Origin: Mytilus trossulus
Taxonomy: Eukaryota
Reading direction: 5' to 3'
Length of the DNA stretch: 64,000 bases
Assembly (NCBI RefSeq): GCF_036588685.1
Contig: NC_086381.1
Span: 15,314,001-15,378,000 of the forward strand
The stretch's first letter is position 1. Each line of letters begins with the position of its first letter. The position numbers and the translations under genes were made by a program. Under the pieces are notes generated by a model, which had not been told where the DNA came from, did no database searches, and saw only the letters and a program-made list of their open reading frames with translations. Of the stretch, positions 35,841 through 51,060 are shown in pieces.

Positions 35841-36989
35841 AATTGTGGTATCACTTTTAGGAAGTGGTGTAATAAACTGTAAGTTTGATAGAGCTATCTT
35901 GCTAACATGTTCATATATCAATGAAGAGTTTTTAAAATTGACATAAAGAGACGTTCAATTTACGTTTTGTCCTAACTTGACTTGAACATTTGTACATAAT
36001 TGAATTTATCTTTTGTTTTGCAAAACAATTGGGATATGTTTTCCTTCGATTAACTCTTTAAAAAAGAGAGACGAAAGATACCAAAGACACATTCAAACTC
36101 GTAGATCGAAAATAAACTGACAACGACATGGATAATACGAAAAAGAATGACTTAAAAATAATAGTACACAAGACACAAAAGGGCAACCTATATAGACTAA
36201 GCAACCCCGTCAAACACTCGGGGGGAGGGGGGTCTCGTAATGATCGATAAACTTGTCGACAAACCTGAGTATGCTTTATTTGAATATAAAGTATGTGCAT
36301 GTGAAAAATTGCAAAGTTCTCTTTTAAATATTTAATTTTAAATAATTGTGTTTCCTGTTTATTGTGACTATTGTCACTACATATATTTTTTACATGTTAT
36401 TAAGCTATAGCGTTACAATAGATTATGCATTCATTTATTAAGTCATTCAATTCATGATTATCGGTCAATCCAGTCATGTTAATTATAGCTTTGGTGCATT
36501 ATGTATGTAAATATACAATACAATATTGAAGACATTTAAAAAAACCCACAATAAGTGTGCATTGTATCAACATTTAAAGACATTGTATAAGATGTGACAT
36601 GTGCATACAATTGCAAATGTATATCAATTTTTTTTTCATTTATAACTTATGTAATGTCGTATTGTATGATGTGTTCCATTGACCTTGGGTATAAACAGCG
36701 ATGTATATATTCTAGTTCCATACCGATAGCAGATCCATAACTCCTAGCTATCAATATATAACTCAGTTCCCATAACTTCCAAAAGAAAAAAAATGTTGAG
36801 CACCAGAACTTTAGGAATATATACAGTATTGAGATGTACAACTACGATTATTGATCGAGGATTACAAGACAACTTACTTATCAACTTGACAATACATGAA
36901 AATAACACATTTGTAATCAGCAGTGCAAATTTGACTTTTATTCATGCAAATAATAATCGTATGAGTATATGTAAAATGGAAATATTTTA

Positions 36990-37300
36990 CTAAAGGGAGG
37001 ACGAAAGATACAAAAGGGACAGTCAAACTCACAAATCCAAAATAAACTGACAACGCCATGGCTGAAAATGAAAAAGACAAACAGACAAACAATAGAACAC
37101 ATGACACAACATAGAAAAAACTAAAGAATAAACAACACGAACCCCACTAAAAACTAGGGGTGATCTCAGTACTCCGGAATTGATTAGATCCTGCTCCACA
37201 TGTGGCACCCGTCGTGTTGCTTATGTGATAACAAATCCGGTAAATTCAGTAAGGTCACATTCATGAAAGGGAAGGGGATTGCAGTTACGACGTAAGAAAC
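36990..37300 (+). repeat. interspersed repeat family (gggacgaaagataccagagggacagtcaaactc...gatcctgctccacatgtggcacccgtcgtgttg)
   Basis: Further copies at ~13490, 36060-36240 and 45220-45510 (LPMO4 intron), and an inverted partial copy at ~29545-29620. Confidence 0.7.
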
Positions 37301-40300
37301 ATATCCGATTTAATAATGATCTCGTCGCACCAGAAAACCACAAAAAAAAAACAGTTAAAAGGTCATACTACACTGAAATTTTCATCGAATTATATCGTTT
37401 TTCATATAAAGGAGAATGTAGGTTACATAACTACATGTACAAGTATGCTTTTCATAGTACACACAGATATTTGTAAGTGTACGTAAATAAGTGTTAACAT
37501 ATGTATTGGTATACAGGTATAATGAATAAAAACACAAAAGATTAACGGGTAAGATATTACATGAAATAATTGATTATTGGTCAATATTGAATTATTAAGC
37601 AAGAAATGAGCTAAAAGGTAAAATATTGCCGCATAATATCAATATCAACTGATATAAAAACACATGTATTTGTTTGAAATGTGGTATAAATAGTATCCAC
37701 GATTACCATTAATATCGTATATCCACCTAAACTATCTATTCGTGAAAAATTATAAGTATCAACTCAAAATCTACTTATGTATATATATGGCACAATAAGA
37801 CAATTACTCACTAGTTCCGTTACAACATTCAACCCCCACTTATAACTGTCGTATCCGTATCGTGGGAAATTATAAGTATCCACCTTGAGATATTTATTAT
37901 ATTATAAGTTCATATCAATATATACCAAAATTTCTTTATATTTCCAATAACCAAAAAAGATAAGCATTAGGTGTTTTAAATTTCCGAATGCCATGTTTGC
38001 TTAAAATTGATCTGAGAGTCCATATTTTACCGCTGCAACTAATCCGTTGGGATCGTCACCATTCTGAAGTAGGGAAATATTTGATAATCCACATTCATTT
38101 AATATGCCATTTACATTTAACACCTAAAAATGGGCCATAGTATGTCTAGAATGATTGGCTGTAGATGACATTTACAATGCTGTGTATTGTCCGTCGCATC
38201 GTAGATAGTCCGTGTTCAAAACAGATACAACACTTTAACTACTATAATTCGCAGCAAAACATTATGTTATTGTTCTGCAAAAAAGAAATATATATATCTA
38301 TAGTCTATTTTCAGATTTCTGTCATTACTCTCTCTGTTGTGTATTTATGATTATAAGCATTTGTTTTTTAAGTATACACGTCTTGCAAATATAGTTACTT
38401 GTTTCGTGTTAAAAGTCGGATAATATATAAATTTAAAACGTTATAAATAAAACTGTTAAATTTTCAACTATTGTTGTGCATCATAACTTGTTTTCTTATA
38501 GTTTTGAAAGTCTTATATATCAAAGTGTTTGATTTTGTAAACAATGCGCCGAATGCTTCTGTATTACGTTTTGTGAAAGTAAGTAACGCAAATTCAAGAT
38601 AATACTTTAGATATGATGATTGGTTAGTTTGTTTGTAGGTGTGTCATACCTATATCTCTATGGCACATATATATTTTAGAATAAATAATTGATTTATCTT
38701 CGCTTGTGATCTGAACATATTACGTCTATAAGTATGTTAGATCAATATCTAGTCCTAGCCATTCTGTATGTGTCGTTGCGTAGTGTGTGTGAATTGGACT
38801 TAGTTCCGTTCTTTATCCTAAACAAAAATCAAAAGTAAAGGACTAACATTACCGTGCAAAGCAAATGATCATCTATGCGGGAGGAAATTTTCAAAACTTA
38901 TTTATTAATATCAAATGGGTGTTAAAGAATATCTCCCGTAATGTTTTTTCGCACATTCTGACTAAAAAGTACTCGAGTACAAGAAAGGCTAGCGCTAAAA
39001 TCTCTTAATTATATAAAATAAAAAATATGTGGTATGATTGCCAATGATACAACTTTCCACAAGACACCAAAATGACAGAGACATTAATAACTATAGGTCA
39101 CCATAAGGCCATCAACAATGAGCAGAGCCCATATCGTATAGTCAGCTATATAAGGTCCCGATATGACAATGTAAAACAATTCAAACGAGAAAACTAACGG
39201 CCTTATTATATAAAAAGAACGACAATCAAATATTAAAAATACTCGAATTAAGAAATAATCTATCAGTTTGGAAATAAACAAAATATTATGATTGATATTA
39301 TTGATATTATTGATATTTTAATCAAACATCTTAATACTCTAAAGTATGAAAAGCTGCAATGGTTCTGTATACAATTCGTTCCCATGTCTAATTAGTTTGA
39401 CGCTGAATGGAGAATGGTCTAGCCGTCTAGGTAACAAATATAGAAACTCCACATAGTTAGAAAGAAAAATTATTGAAATTCTAAGGATTGATAACATTAA
39501 CACCATAAACGAACCAAATCAAACCACCAAATAATTACTCGAAGACTTTCAAAATTGTTCAATTTTACATTATAAACGTTCACAAATACAAATCAGTATT
39601 GTAGTGGAGAATATTAAGCGCATGCACTATTTTATCTAGAAGAATAGGAACTATGGTCAGGATTAGGAAGTATATCATATAAATACAAACCATGGACAAT
39701 TGTTTTTTCTTCATTTCTGTTTTGCTGTAATAGATAATTTGAACATTTCCTCTTGAAACTTGTCTATGTTTGTGACATGAAAAAAGAAAAAAAAAAACAG
39801 TTGATTTTCACAATGAGATTATGTTTAAAACATATGCATTATGAAAATGATGTAAAATGAAATGGTAGCAAAAACTGTAAACCCAATTCTGATCCAAACT
39901 ACTTATTGATAGCTTTTAACTTAAATATGATTGTTATCACTATTCTGCAGAGAAACACCTTTCCGGTGCTAATTCTTATTACACACATTCTACTGTGGAA
40001 GATATAATAAGATGAACTCTGTAACCTTCAATAATTCGGTGACTAGTACTAGCAAATATCATTTCATCTGGGAAACTGGGGAACACGTGCTTTGTTGTGA
40101 TGCAACCCGGATATGAAAGTAGATCATACGACAAAAGGAAATAATTATCCAGTATCTTATAATATATTTACTTAACTCTGAATAATTACCAAACAATCTA
40201 CGATAAGTACATCTCAGTGTACATTGTTTTTGTTTTTATCATAACCTCCAATATAAGGAATACTTATTAAATAAATATGGCTGTCCTGTATACCTTTATA

Positions 40301-43094
40301 GGCCATATTACATACCAAACAAACGATTTGAATATTTTGATGTAGTGTGTATTTGCCAGACGGGGTATTAATTTTTCCAGAGGCACTTGATAGACATCCT
40401 ATTAGTTTCATGGTTCACGAATGGTTGACCGATACGATTAGCCATCACATGTTTTTGCGGTCTAAAATCTTTCGATTTTTTGATCCCAGTCATATAATAT
40501 GTAAATTTAACCATCGTTAAAAATTCACAGGATACATACATAGATATTGTGAACAAAAATGATTTCACATGGCCAGTAACGCATGCATAACAGGAGACGC
40601 GTAGCCTGTCGAAGCACCATGTTTGGGTTCGTTTAATTACCTCAGTTTTTGTTTTTATCTTGATGGTGGATTTATAACATTTCAATATCAGTAAACTACT
40701 ATTTTTGCTTATCATAACATTTCCCTTAGTAGTATATTAAAATACTACTGGTTTGTTCGGTTTGTTTCAAGTATTCAGAAATATAACAGCTTGGTCTGGT
40801 GTAGCCTGTACCTTTATTCTAAGGTGTTGGATGCATTCTATAAAAAAGTTTTGGCACACAACCTTCTATATGAACCACAAATGATTCCTTTATTAGTAAA
40901 ATTCGTACATGTATGTAGATAGTTATCAAAGGTACCAGGATTATAATTCAATACGCCAAACACGCGTTTCGTATACATAAGACTCATCAGTGACGCTCTC
41001 AGATCAAAAATGTTACCAAGCTAAACAAGTAAAAAGTTGAAGAGCATTAACGACTAAACATTCTAAAAAAAACTGTGCCGAATACAGCTAAAATAATCTA
41101 TTCATGTGATAATAAAATCCTTAGTGTTTCGAAAAAAAAGATGACCTTTAATTGATAGTCATGTCAACACCGAAGTGCTGACTACTGGGCTAGTGATACT
41201 CTAGATCTTGGGGACGAAACGTCCACCAGCAGTGGTGTCGACCTAGTGGTAAGTGCATATAGAAAAAAAACACCATACCGCTACATATTATTTGTGCATG
41301 TTCCTAGCCAGGAGCTTGTACTTTTTGCTGTTTCTCATAATTTGTTAATGGCTTATTGTTTTACATTGTTTGTTCTTTCTTTTTTTGTGTCGTTACATCC
41401 CTGTCCCAATTTTAAAGGGGAGTGTTTGGTGTCAAAATACTAGTTTACTTCGTCGTATTCTCTATGTGCATTTTTAAAGTCAGGAACCTATTTTTCAATG
41501 GTTGTCGTTTGTAGCTGTTTTACGTATTTGCTTTTCGTTCATTATATTTTACATAAACTAGGCCGTTATTTTTGTCTGGTTTGAATTCTTTTCCATTTGT
41601 TGGCCCTTAGTTGTTATTTTGTTTGTCATTAAGTCTTGAGGAGAGTTGCTTCATTGGCAATCATACCACTCTTCTTTTTAAATGTACAGGTATAACTTAT
41701 ACAGGCTATATCATCTATTGGATACTTTCCATGAAAACATCCAATCCTGGTATTCATGATGAGTTTATTCACCCTTAAGTTTAAATATGATTACACAAGT
41801 ATTGCTCTAGAAACTATCATTTCAATAGAACAGGTTCCAAACTGACAGTCTATCAACAGAGGTAACGACCCAATAATATACCAGATTATAGTCTACTTTC
41901 AGCAGGAAGGATCCAGTGGTGTGTACCGGACCCATAGTTCTTCAGAAGTATACCTTGTAAATGATACGTATCGAACATATAGTTCATCAGCTACAGTAAC
42001 GACCCAAAGATTTACCGAACTAAAAGGCCACAAGAAAAAGTATCGACCGATAGTATACTGATCTGAATATCAGAATGCAATGATACCGAACAATGTTAGA
42101 TTGACCATACATCGATTAAATTGCATACTCCATGTGGTTCTAAAATAATTTTTATCAGTTGCAGTAGAGATTAAAACTTTTAACAACTAAACATTGAAAA
42201 ACCAAATGGTCCTTTATAGATAGGCTAGATCAGTTTTTATGTAATATAGAGTTGAAATGATACTATAAGAATACTATTGCATAATGAATAATTAATTTCT
42301 AGACAAAATTTATATGTATCATCAGTAATATCAGTTGTTAAAACATTAAGTACCGATTTTAGGATGCACATAGTCCACCAGGAACAGTTTTGAATCAGTG
42401 GTAGAAATTTTATGAACTGTACATTTTCAAGTAAAAACATCATTACAATGAGTACTAGTAAATCAATTTAAGATCAATTTTGAAAGATGAAATATTATTT
42501 TTTAAATATGTCCTTTGAAAAATTGATTCATTACTTTTTGTCGACTTTTGTTAAGCCATATTTCTTAATATGATTAAATAAAAAATGATTGATCGAACAA
42601 CGAGAAAACACTTCGATCTAATTATTACTAAAAATATTGTGAAAGACTAGGGACTTTGTATCTAAGGAATAGACTATTTGCAGAACATTACGGAAATTTT
42701 AGTCCTCAATGCTCTTCAATTTCGTACTTTATTTGGTATTTTTGACCTTACATTCGAGCGTCATTGATAAGTCACGCGTCTGGTGAGAAAAAATTAAATC
42801 TTTGTAAGAAGAATGGGTTTAATAAACAAATTGATAAAGCTGACTTAATGTTTATGATAAACACAACATTCATAACAATGTACCTTTTAACCACGTAAAA
42901 GTTTGTTATTTTTCGTAACCTTTTGCGTATTTCTTTAAACGAAAAACAAAGGAAGTAAAAAATATGGAGGCGAACAAACGTCATAAAAGTCATGGTCATC
43001 GGCTGGTAATTCCCTTTTTAAGAATAGCCGGATTATCATATGTTCAGACATTTTTCACTTATCAAAACAACATTCGAATTATTACAAACGAATC

Positions 43095-43255
43095 ATACGT
43101 ATGTTGCGAAGAGATAAAAGAATGTGTTATCTAAATGTAAACTTAATAATCCTAGTCCATTCATTGTAATATCCGTAACTTCTCCTATAAATATGGAAGC
43201 ACATTTACAATTGTATATAAACAAAAGCACGTGGAGAAACAACTTCAAAATATGT
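43095..43255 (+). promoter_or_regulatory. LPMO4 TATA core promoter and short non-coding first exon
   Basis: atacgtatgttgcgaagaga..atatccgt..ccTATAAATAtggaagcacat..aaacaaaagcacgtggagaa..GTAAG (TATA 43186-43193, donor 43254). Highly similar to 26551-26700. Confidence 0.72.
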
Positions 43256-43687
43256 AAGAAATATTAGTAATTATTCACCGTAGCTAAATCTATAGACATA
43301 TACATTTTTGTCATAATATTTAAAAGTTTTGATATAAATTCTTAAGATTTTTCGGCATCAATTGCATCAAAATTTTATATTTGGGTAGTGTGCTTTGGGT
43401 GTGCAATTGAAAATAATTGCGTTATTTGGAAAATTAAGCATTGCTTGTAGACCTTCAATTGTCTCTTTCCAATATATATTTAGACTCATTGGTTGATATA
43501 TATCAAAAAAGGGGTATAGACACCTATATATTGTTGATGTATAATTTTCCCATCTTCTTAACCAGAACTGCTAAATTCTCAATTGTTGCAAAATCAAATA
43601 TTGATATTTTACTTTACGTGTATATAAACTAATTACTTAATTTACCATTCTTTATAAGACATTATTTGTAATTCACAGGAAAACAAT

Positions 43688-46056
43688 ATGTTGACACAGA
43701 TTTATACAGTATGCACATTTATTGCCATGGTCTTCGCGCACGGTAGACTTATATCTCCTCCTGGTAGATCCACAATGTGGCGCTATGGGTACAACACACC
43801 TAAGAATTACAACGATAACCAGATGTCTTGTGGAGGATTTTATGTAAGTCTTCATACACACCTTAGTTTTAATTAACAAAGGTTTCAAGTTGAATCAATG
43901 AAAACATAATGGTGTCTTGTACGACTAGATCTTAGAAACTGAGAACTGTCATTTACATTACAAGAAGGTAATAAATCTGCATCTTTAATATACTCGAGTA
44001 TATGTTTAATTTACTACTTCATAAATGTTTGAAATTTTCATACTTATATCATTTGTTTTTCGTACACATCACAGCGCAAAGCTATGTGTTTCATTCGATT
44101 TGCAAGCTATTTTGAATTAACAAATTCTGTAGACCAGCTAATTGTTAGAGCGATTTATTTTTCGCAAATTTCAGAAGTAAAAAATACAACGCGGATATAA
44201 ATTGTTGCGAGTATGTCATCTAAATAAAATAAATGTGAAAAACGCGAATTTAAAAAACTTTGAAAAAGGCAAGAAATAGCTCAACGCGATATAGTATCCA
44301 AGAAAAAAGTTTGTTTACAGTATAATTTCTGAGAGTCTGCCTCATGATTTTGCTAACGTTCTTTTTTTTTTTATTAAGATTTGAATTGGTACAGGTTTAG
44401 GATAGAAGATATTAAATAAGTACATTAATGATACAGTATGGGTAATTCAAACCCGATAAACAACATAAGCTTCATGTTTACGTAGTTTGTGAATCAAATA
44501 CTGCAAATGATTTTTGAAAAAGATTACATTTGAATGTATCATATTTTTCAGAAACAATGGACACTTAATGGAGGAAAATGTGGCGTATGTGGTGACCCAT
44601 GGAACGAGGCTCATGATAACGAGGCTGGAGGAAAATATGCAACAGGAACCATTGTTAGTCAATACAAGACAGGACAAAACATTCAGGTTAAAGTTCAGAT
44701 CACTGCTACTCATCGTGGATATTTTGAGTTCCGTCTTTGTCCGGTTAACAATCCCCGTCAGCCAGCCACTCAAGCTTGTCTAGATAGGAACCTTCTTAAA
44801 CAACATAATGGTCAGTCGAAGTTCTATGAACCAGGGGCAATCGGAACATATACAGTTGATCTTGTTCTTCCTCAAGGTTTAACATGTACACAGTGTGTAT
44901 TACAGTGGAAATGGAATACTGGTAAGATAAATTTATCTTATTTCAATCTATACAAATTACTAGAGATAAACAATTTTACAACTTTTATTGATTACCATAG
45001 AAATAATATAAAATTGAGAATGGATGGGGAATGTGTCAACCCGACCATAAAGCAGACAACAGGCGAAGTCCACTAGTGGGTCTTCAATGTAGCGAGAAAC
45101 TCAATAAGTATGAAAATAATTTGCATTATTCAGAAAAAATTGTCTCCGTATATCAATGCTGGTCTTTATCCACCTTTAAAAATGAAATGCCACACTTTCC
45201 TTATATATATTGTAGCCTTAAAAGAGGGACGAAAGATACCAGAGGGACAGTCAAACTCATAAATAAAATAAAAAACTGACAATGCCATGGCTAAAAATTA
45301 TCAGGACAAACAGACAAACAATAGTACACGCGACAGAACATCGAAAACTAAAGAATATACAGCACGAACCCCACCAAAAACTAAGGGTGATCTCAGGTGC
45401 TCCGAATGGGTAAGCAGATCCTGTTCCACATGTGGCACGCGTCGTGTTGTTTATGAGTTATCAAATCCGGTAAATAGTCTAATTCGGAAGGACACATTTA
45501 TGAAAGGGCTTAACTGCTCATGTGAAATGATCTAAAATATTGATTCCGGTCAATGTCACATATTTTCAACCATTCACGTAATAGATAATTATTATTGGAT
45601 GTATATATTGAGTTATTCGTATCACCAGGAACTAATAACGTACCTACTTATATCAATTACAATAAGTTTGTCATATGTCTTCTGAACAGTTAAAAGCTTA
45701 CTATGCTTGTTTATTATGTCTATTGTTATCTGATATTATTAACTCTTTCAGGGAACTCATACAACTGTGATAATAACCATAACTGCTGTATTGGTTGTGG
45801 ACCACAAGAACAGTTCTATGGGTGTTCAGATATAGCTATTTTGTCGTCTGGGACAAGTCAGTTTTCTCATACTGGTGTTCAACAAGAACACCCAGTCGGA
45901 TTTTTACCCATTTCAGGACATAATGTTAGAACATGCCAGGCAACCCCACTGTTCAAAAGTCGGTATCCTTATGCAGACAGATATTGTTTATTACAATGCA
46001 ACCAGAATAAATGTCCACCAAGTACATACTGCACTGATGCTTGTAGAATCCACTAA
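43688..46056 (+). CDS. LPMO4: AA15-family LPMO, ~276 aa, with C-terminal 6-Cys module; exons 43688-43843, 44552-44921, 45752-46056
   Basis: Signal MLTQIYTVCTFIAMVFA|HGRL. Exon sizes equal those of LPMO3 (156/370/305). Motifs TATHRGYFEFRLC and QEQFYGCSDI; tail CQATPLFKSRYPYADRYCLLQCNQNKCPPSTYCTDACRIH*. AATAAA at 46180. Confidence 0.94.
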
Positions 46057-48464
46057 ATGTGGACACACTTTACAAAATGTATACTCATTTACTTGCCTTT
46101 TATTTGATACAAACTTTATTTTGTTTACAATGTTTTTATAAATGTATTTATTGTTATTGCATAATTATCGTTTTTTATAAATAAAATCGTTTATTGATAG
46201 ATTTTTTTCCCAAATACAAACAACTAAGTAACGGTCTGCAGAGGTGATAAAGGGCTATGAATTTGACAAAAGTTTAAATGGTAGTAGTAATACACCTATC
46301 AATGAATATATAATGCTGTAAAGAACGTTTTGTAACATTTCCATCGAAATTGATTAAAGTGCCCATATATTTGTAGAAATTGCACAAAAGGAACTAAAAA
46401 ATTAACAGCATGCATGTGTTAATTGTTTAAAGATTTGAATAAAGAAAAAATATTTATAACACATAATTGGGGTGGAAATTGGGGTCTCTCCCAATCATTT
46501 CCTTTTGGGAGGAAATGCTAGTTTCTAATCAAGTGTAATTAATTGAACAATTAAATTCACTTCTCGTCAGTTTTGTGCATTGTATGCATTTTCAACTTGA
46601 TCATGTGCAAAATTTGTTAACATTTAGACTTTCAATAATCACCTCTTCTCTCAAAGTTAATTTGCAATTCGTTAGATGTGTTTTATCATTAAGTTTTGTC
46701 GTTTTGATTTTCCTCGGAGTTCAGTATTTCTGTGATTTTACTTTTTTGTCATCAATGTAGTTATCTTATATTCGACCATAATAACTATTTTACTTTTGAA
46801 TTTACAAATGATAGAAGAATAAGAAAATTTTAAATCTATAGTTAGTTTGTTTTTATATTCAATCCGATGTTGTGTTGCTTAAGTTGTTTTGAGTGGTATA
46901 CAGTCGAATTGTAGGTTAACTTATTTTGTTACAGCTGATCAACAAGATTTCTAATTTACAACCCATCGGGGTTGAAGTGTGTTACTACCTTAAATTGATA
47001 CGGCAATTTTGTGTATAATGAACGTACAATACGTTAATACGATAAAATAAAGAAGCATGAGTAAAGGTCCCGCTTCGGTTCAAACAAAATGCGTTTGTTT
47101 AAATTAAATGTACATGGAATCAGTTGTTCTAACCCGATATAACTCCTATTTGATATTTGAATGAGATTATCACTAGCCGATTTGTCAGATTTATACACGT
47201 ATCTATCTATTTGATACCATCAAAAGCAATATGTATGAAAAAAAATTCGATTAATATACACGTATGCATCAACACTCAAGTACTGCCTTCGATACTGACA
47301 GTTTACTAAGCTAGATTAGTTTTGATAAGAACAAAATAATGAAACATAAATCAACTAACTTATCAAATAATAAAGTGGGTGGGTTTTGATATAGCCTGTC
47401 CGATAAAAAGTTGTGTATCCAAGAGGTATTTGCTTAAATTATTTATCAGGTTAGTAATAAGGAAATCGTTTTATCTCATTTGTTTCCAAACAAGGTTATA
47501 TCTAAATAGTTCAGAGATGGAGAAGGTCAATGCTCTTTAACCTAAGTGTGGTATCTTGTTATTACGGATTTAAATACAGAAAACTCGAAATCTTCTTGCA
47601 TGATGAATTATGTGAAGTCTTTGAACTTCATTGGTTATGTCAAAAGATTCGAACAAGAAAGACAAGATTTCAGTTACTTATGAGTAATGCATATATATTT
47701 AATGGTGCAAAAAGTAAAATCACAAAAATGAACTCCGAGGAAAATTAAAAACCAATCCCTAGTCAAATGTCAAAATAAAAACTCAGACACATAAAACGAA
47801 TGGATAGCAACTGTCATGTTCATGACTTAGTACAAAAAAGGTGGATTGAATATAAAATAAAGAGGTGTGGTATGCTACCTATGAGAAAATTAACCCCTCA
47901 GAAATTGCACATGCAACTAAAAACATTTAAAAAAATCAATGAAAAAATAGAAGAAAGAGAGAAATCAACGAAAAAAATAAATACTAGGCTGCTGGCTTTA
48001 GCTTTTGTGGAAAAGGCGTATAAAGAATGTGATGAGGTTAAACATGTTTAAGATCAGTAAAACCATTTATCCTTTAACCAAGTCTTGCCTAATGGAATTC
48101 TCCTTTATAGCCTCAACTACGACAAACTGAAAAATTAAAAAATCAAACCCAGAAGAACCCTAGTCTAATTCAAATCCATTCAAACTGTCAGGAAATTATT
48201 TGTTGAACTTTTATCATTTTTCTATGTTGTCTTAAAAATGAGATATAGAGAGGAACTGTCTCAACAGGCTAGTTCATATTTTCAAAGTGAATGCTTAGAG
48301 GTAAATATTTGGATGACTGTAATATTTCTTTTTATTTTGGCAGCTTTTGTTTTTATGTCAGAATTCCTTCGTTTGGACATAAATGTTAATTTTGCATGTT
48401 TTGCCAGATGAGCAATTGAGTCCTGAATTATGGAACGCCAACACTGTCTTATTATGCCCATTTT

Positions 48465-49035
48465 TCATTATATGTTGTGCATTTACATTTATATGATGTG
48501 CATTTACCTTTATATGATGTGCACTTGTCATCATATGATGTGCAAACACCTTTATATGATGTGCAAATATCCTTATATGATGTGCGAACATCCTTATATG
48601 ATGTGCAAACATCATAATATGATGTGCAAACATACTTATATGATGCGCATATATACTTATATGATGTGCAAACATCATAATATGATGTGCAAACATACTT
48701 ATATGATGCGCATATATACTTATATGATGTGCAAATGTACGTATATGATGTGCAAACAATCTTATATGATGTGAAAATATACTTATATTATGTTGAAAGA
48801 TCCTTATATGATGTGCAAATATACTTATATGCTGTGCAAATATACCTATATGCTGTGCAAATATACTTATATGATATGTACATATCATTATATGATGTGC
48901 CGTTTCCCTTATATTCTGTGCAAACATCTTTATATGCTGTGCTTGTGTCATTATATTATGTGCTTGTAATCTTATATTATGTGGTTTTATTTACTTCATT
49001 ATATGATGTCGAAACGTCATTATATGATGTGCTTT
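48465..49035 (+). repeat. 21-bp minisatellite array (consensus ~TTATATGATGTGCAAACATAC) in the left TIR
   Basis: tatatgatgtgc recurs every 21 bp. This explains the repetitive HHI/MMCK/YDVQ ORFs in the track. Confidence 0.92.
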
Positions 49036-50714
49036 CATCGTCGTTATGGTCAATGAACATGATTACGATTAGAATGATTACTGTCTAAGTCATAACTGAT
49101 TCCGATCTGCTTCTGCGGAGTAACCGTTACTACTAATTAGGATCAAATCTGTAGCTACCGTTTAGAAAATGGTTGAGACTTGAGATAAACCTTGCCATGT
49201 TAGTACCTCGTTTTAAGATGCAAAAAATCACATCTGATATTGTTGGAAAATTGTAAAAATATATATGAATTGCAAAGTTTGGTTTAAATGACGGGTCTTT
49301 AATAATAAACATATTCATACGAAGTCTACAATACGGTTAAGGTTATTAAATTTAATAGATAATTCTTTTATGTCATGCTCTATGAACGTTTTAACGAGGG
49401 AAGGCATTATATTTGTCAATTTCAGTTTACCTAACGTAAGCATTTTTTCTATATTTTTAAAAGATAATACACGATTTTAAGTATTGTCATTTATGTAAAT
49501 ATTCAATTTGCCTTTCTGATCATTTTAGCTGTTCTTCTATATATTCTCAAGATAGACACAAACAATTGGGAAAAAATGGACTCTGGTAGAGTAATGGTTC
49601 ATATAAGGAACCGGTCATTTGAAAAAAAAAGAGGGGATAGGAAAAAATAAAGGGGGCCTTTCATTTTATCATTTTTGGAATGGAAAAATGACATTCAATT
49701 TTATATAGTTATAAATTTGCCGCGGTATAATGTTATGGCGAATTCTTCGTCAACCGTAGGCATCAATCTTTACGCCTCGTTTCGCTCACCTGAATTGTTA
49801 AAACCTGAAAATTTAGTTTCAACAATTTCTTATCAGAGAATTTTTCGTCTGTAGCTATTATTGAATGAAGGCGTGGTAAAAATTAATAAAACCACAAACG
49901 GCAAATTCAAACTAAGTTCCCTGAAGTCGCAAACAACTTTCATACTTCAGTACTTTGATTATATATGTTCTTGTCTATACCTTGTAAGAAAAGGTGTCTC
50001 TATTATTAGTTATCAAGATAATAGCCAATAAGACAATACAACTCTGAAAAGCAAAAATTGCCCAAAAAGAACCTTTACTATAGAGTATAATTGAGACACA
50101 TTGCACTATTTGTTTTTTTTTTAAATCTATTATGTTTCCAGGGTAAACACAAAATATTAAAATATTAAAAGCCGCTGCCGTAAATCTTCACTTTGAAAAA
50201 TTCAAAACACCACTCTCTATTTGTAAGAGAACAACAGGTCTCAGTAAAAAATAAATAAATGCAGTGTTTTAAGTTCATTTAGACACCAGATTTAAAACGC
50301 TCAATTCTCCGGTTTTGTTGGATAGATACACACCTTCAAAAATTTGAAGGCTGAAATTTCATTGGCTGATGTAATATATACAAGGACAGAAAATAAAATG
50401 ACGTGTTGTCAGATCTCTGTATTCAAAGCTTCAACAGATGATCTGTACATTATATATTAATAAGTAAATGTGGTAGACACCGACTCTAGTTTTAGGGAAG
50501 GAGCACGTGTATTCCTTGTTCGAAATTAATAAACACAAAAAAAAAAACAAAAAAAAACATGGTTTATTTTTTTTTTTAAGTTTCATCATTGTTTTATTTT
50601 TTCCTCATTTTAAATGGAAACAAACTATTTCGCTTCCCTTCTGAAATAGATAAAATCTCTTTCAAGAAATTTAGAATCAAACATTTACAAAACAACTTGC
50701 CCCCCCCCCCTTTT

Positions 50715-51060
50715 CGTCGTAGCATGTTCGCCTTGAGTGAGAGAGGTCGTGGGTTCGAACCCCGGCCGGGTCAAAACCAAAGACTTAAAACTTCATATTT
50801 ACATGCTGCTTCCCAGCTAATTATATATAGTATGCGGAATTAAGGATTAAGAGCAAAAGCTGGTTGGCTCGGAAGCAGAAAAATGTGTCCGGGTAAGGTG
50901 ATTTAACGTCTTCCTTCGAAATGCTACCTTTTGAACTAGCATGTTAAAAAATCCGGCTCAGGGTGTCGGTCTAGTACAAAACAAGGTTAATATGCATATC
51001 ACATTAACATGTTCTTGTACGAATATGCATATATCAATTTGCCGCTGGACCTCAGGAATC
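50715..51060 (+). mobile_element. tRNA-derived SINE
   Basis: B-box-like ggtcgtgggttcgaacccc, followed by the SINE body ggtcaaaaccaaagact..ttaagagcaaaagctggttggctcgg..aatgtgtccg. Confidence 0.6.

Noticed and set aside
34553-35854. Antisense ORFs over TLR-A (likewise over TLR-B, the nAChR-like gene and LPMO exons)
   Set aside because: They are shadow frames of real coding sequence with no independent motifs.
48358-49088. His/Met/Cys-rich repetitive ORFs (FAHHI.., YMMCKH.., LYDVQ..) resembling metal-binding or structural proteins
   Set aside because: They are translations of a 21-bp (7-codon) minisatellite that stays open in several frames on both strands, and it lies in a transposon TIR. There is no signal peptide or splice support.
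50715-50790. Possible tRNA gene (also ~32090-32170 on the minus strand)
   Set aside because: Only B-box-like remnants are present, without a complete cloverleaf. At 50.7 kb the remnant runs directly into a SINE body.
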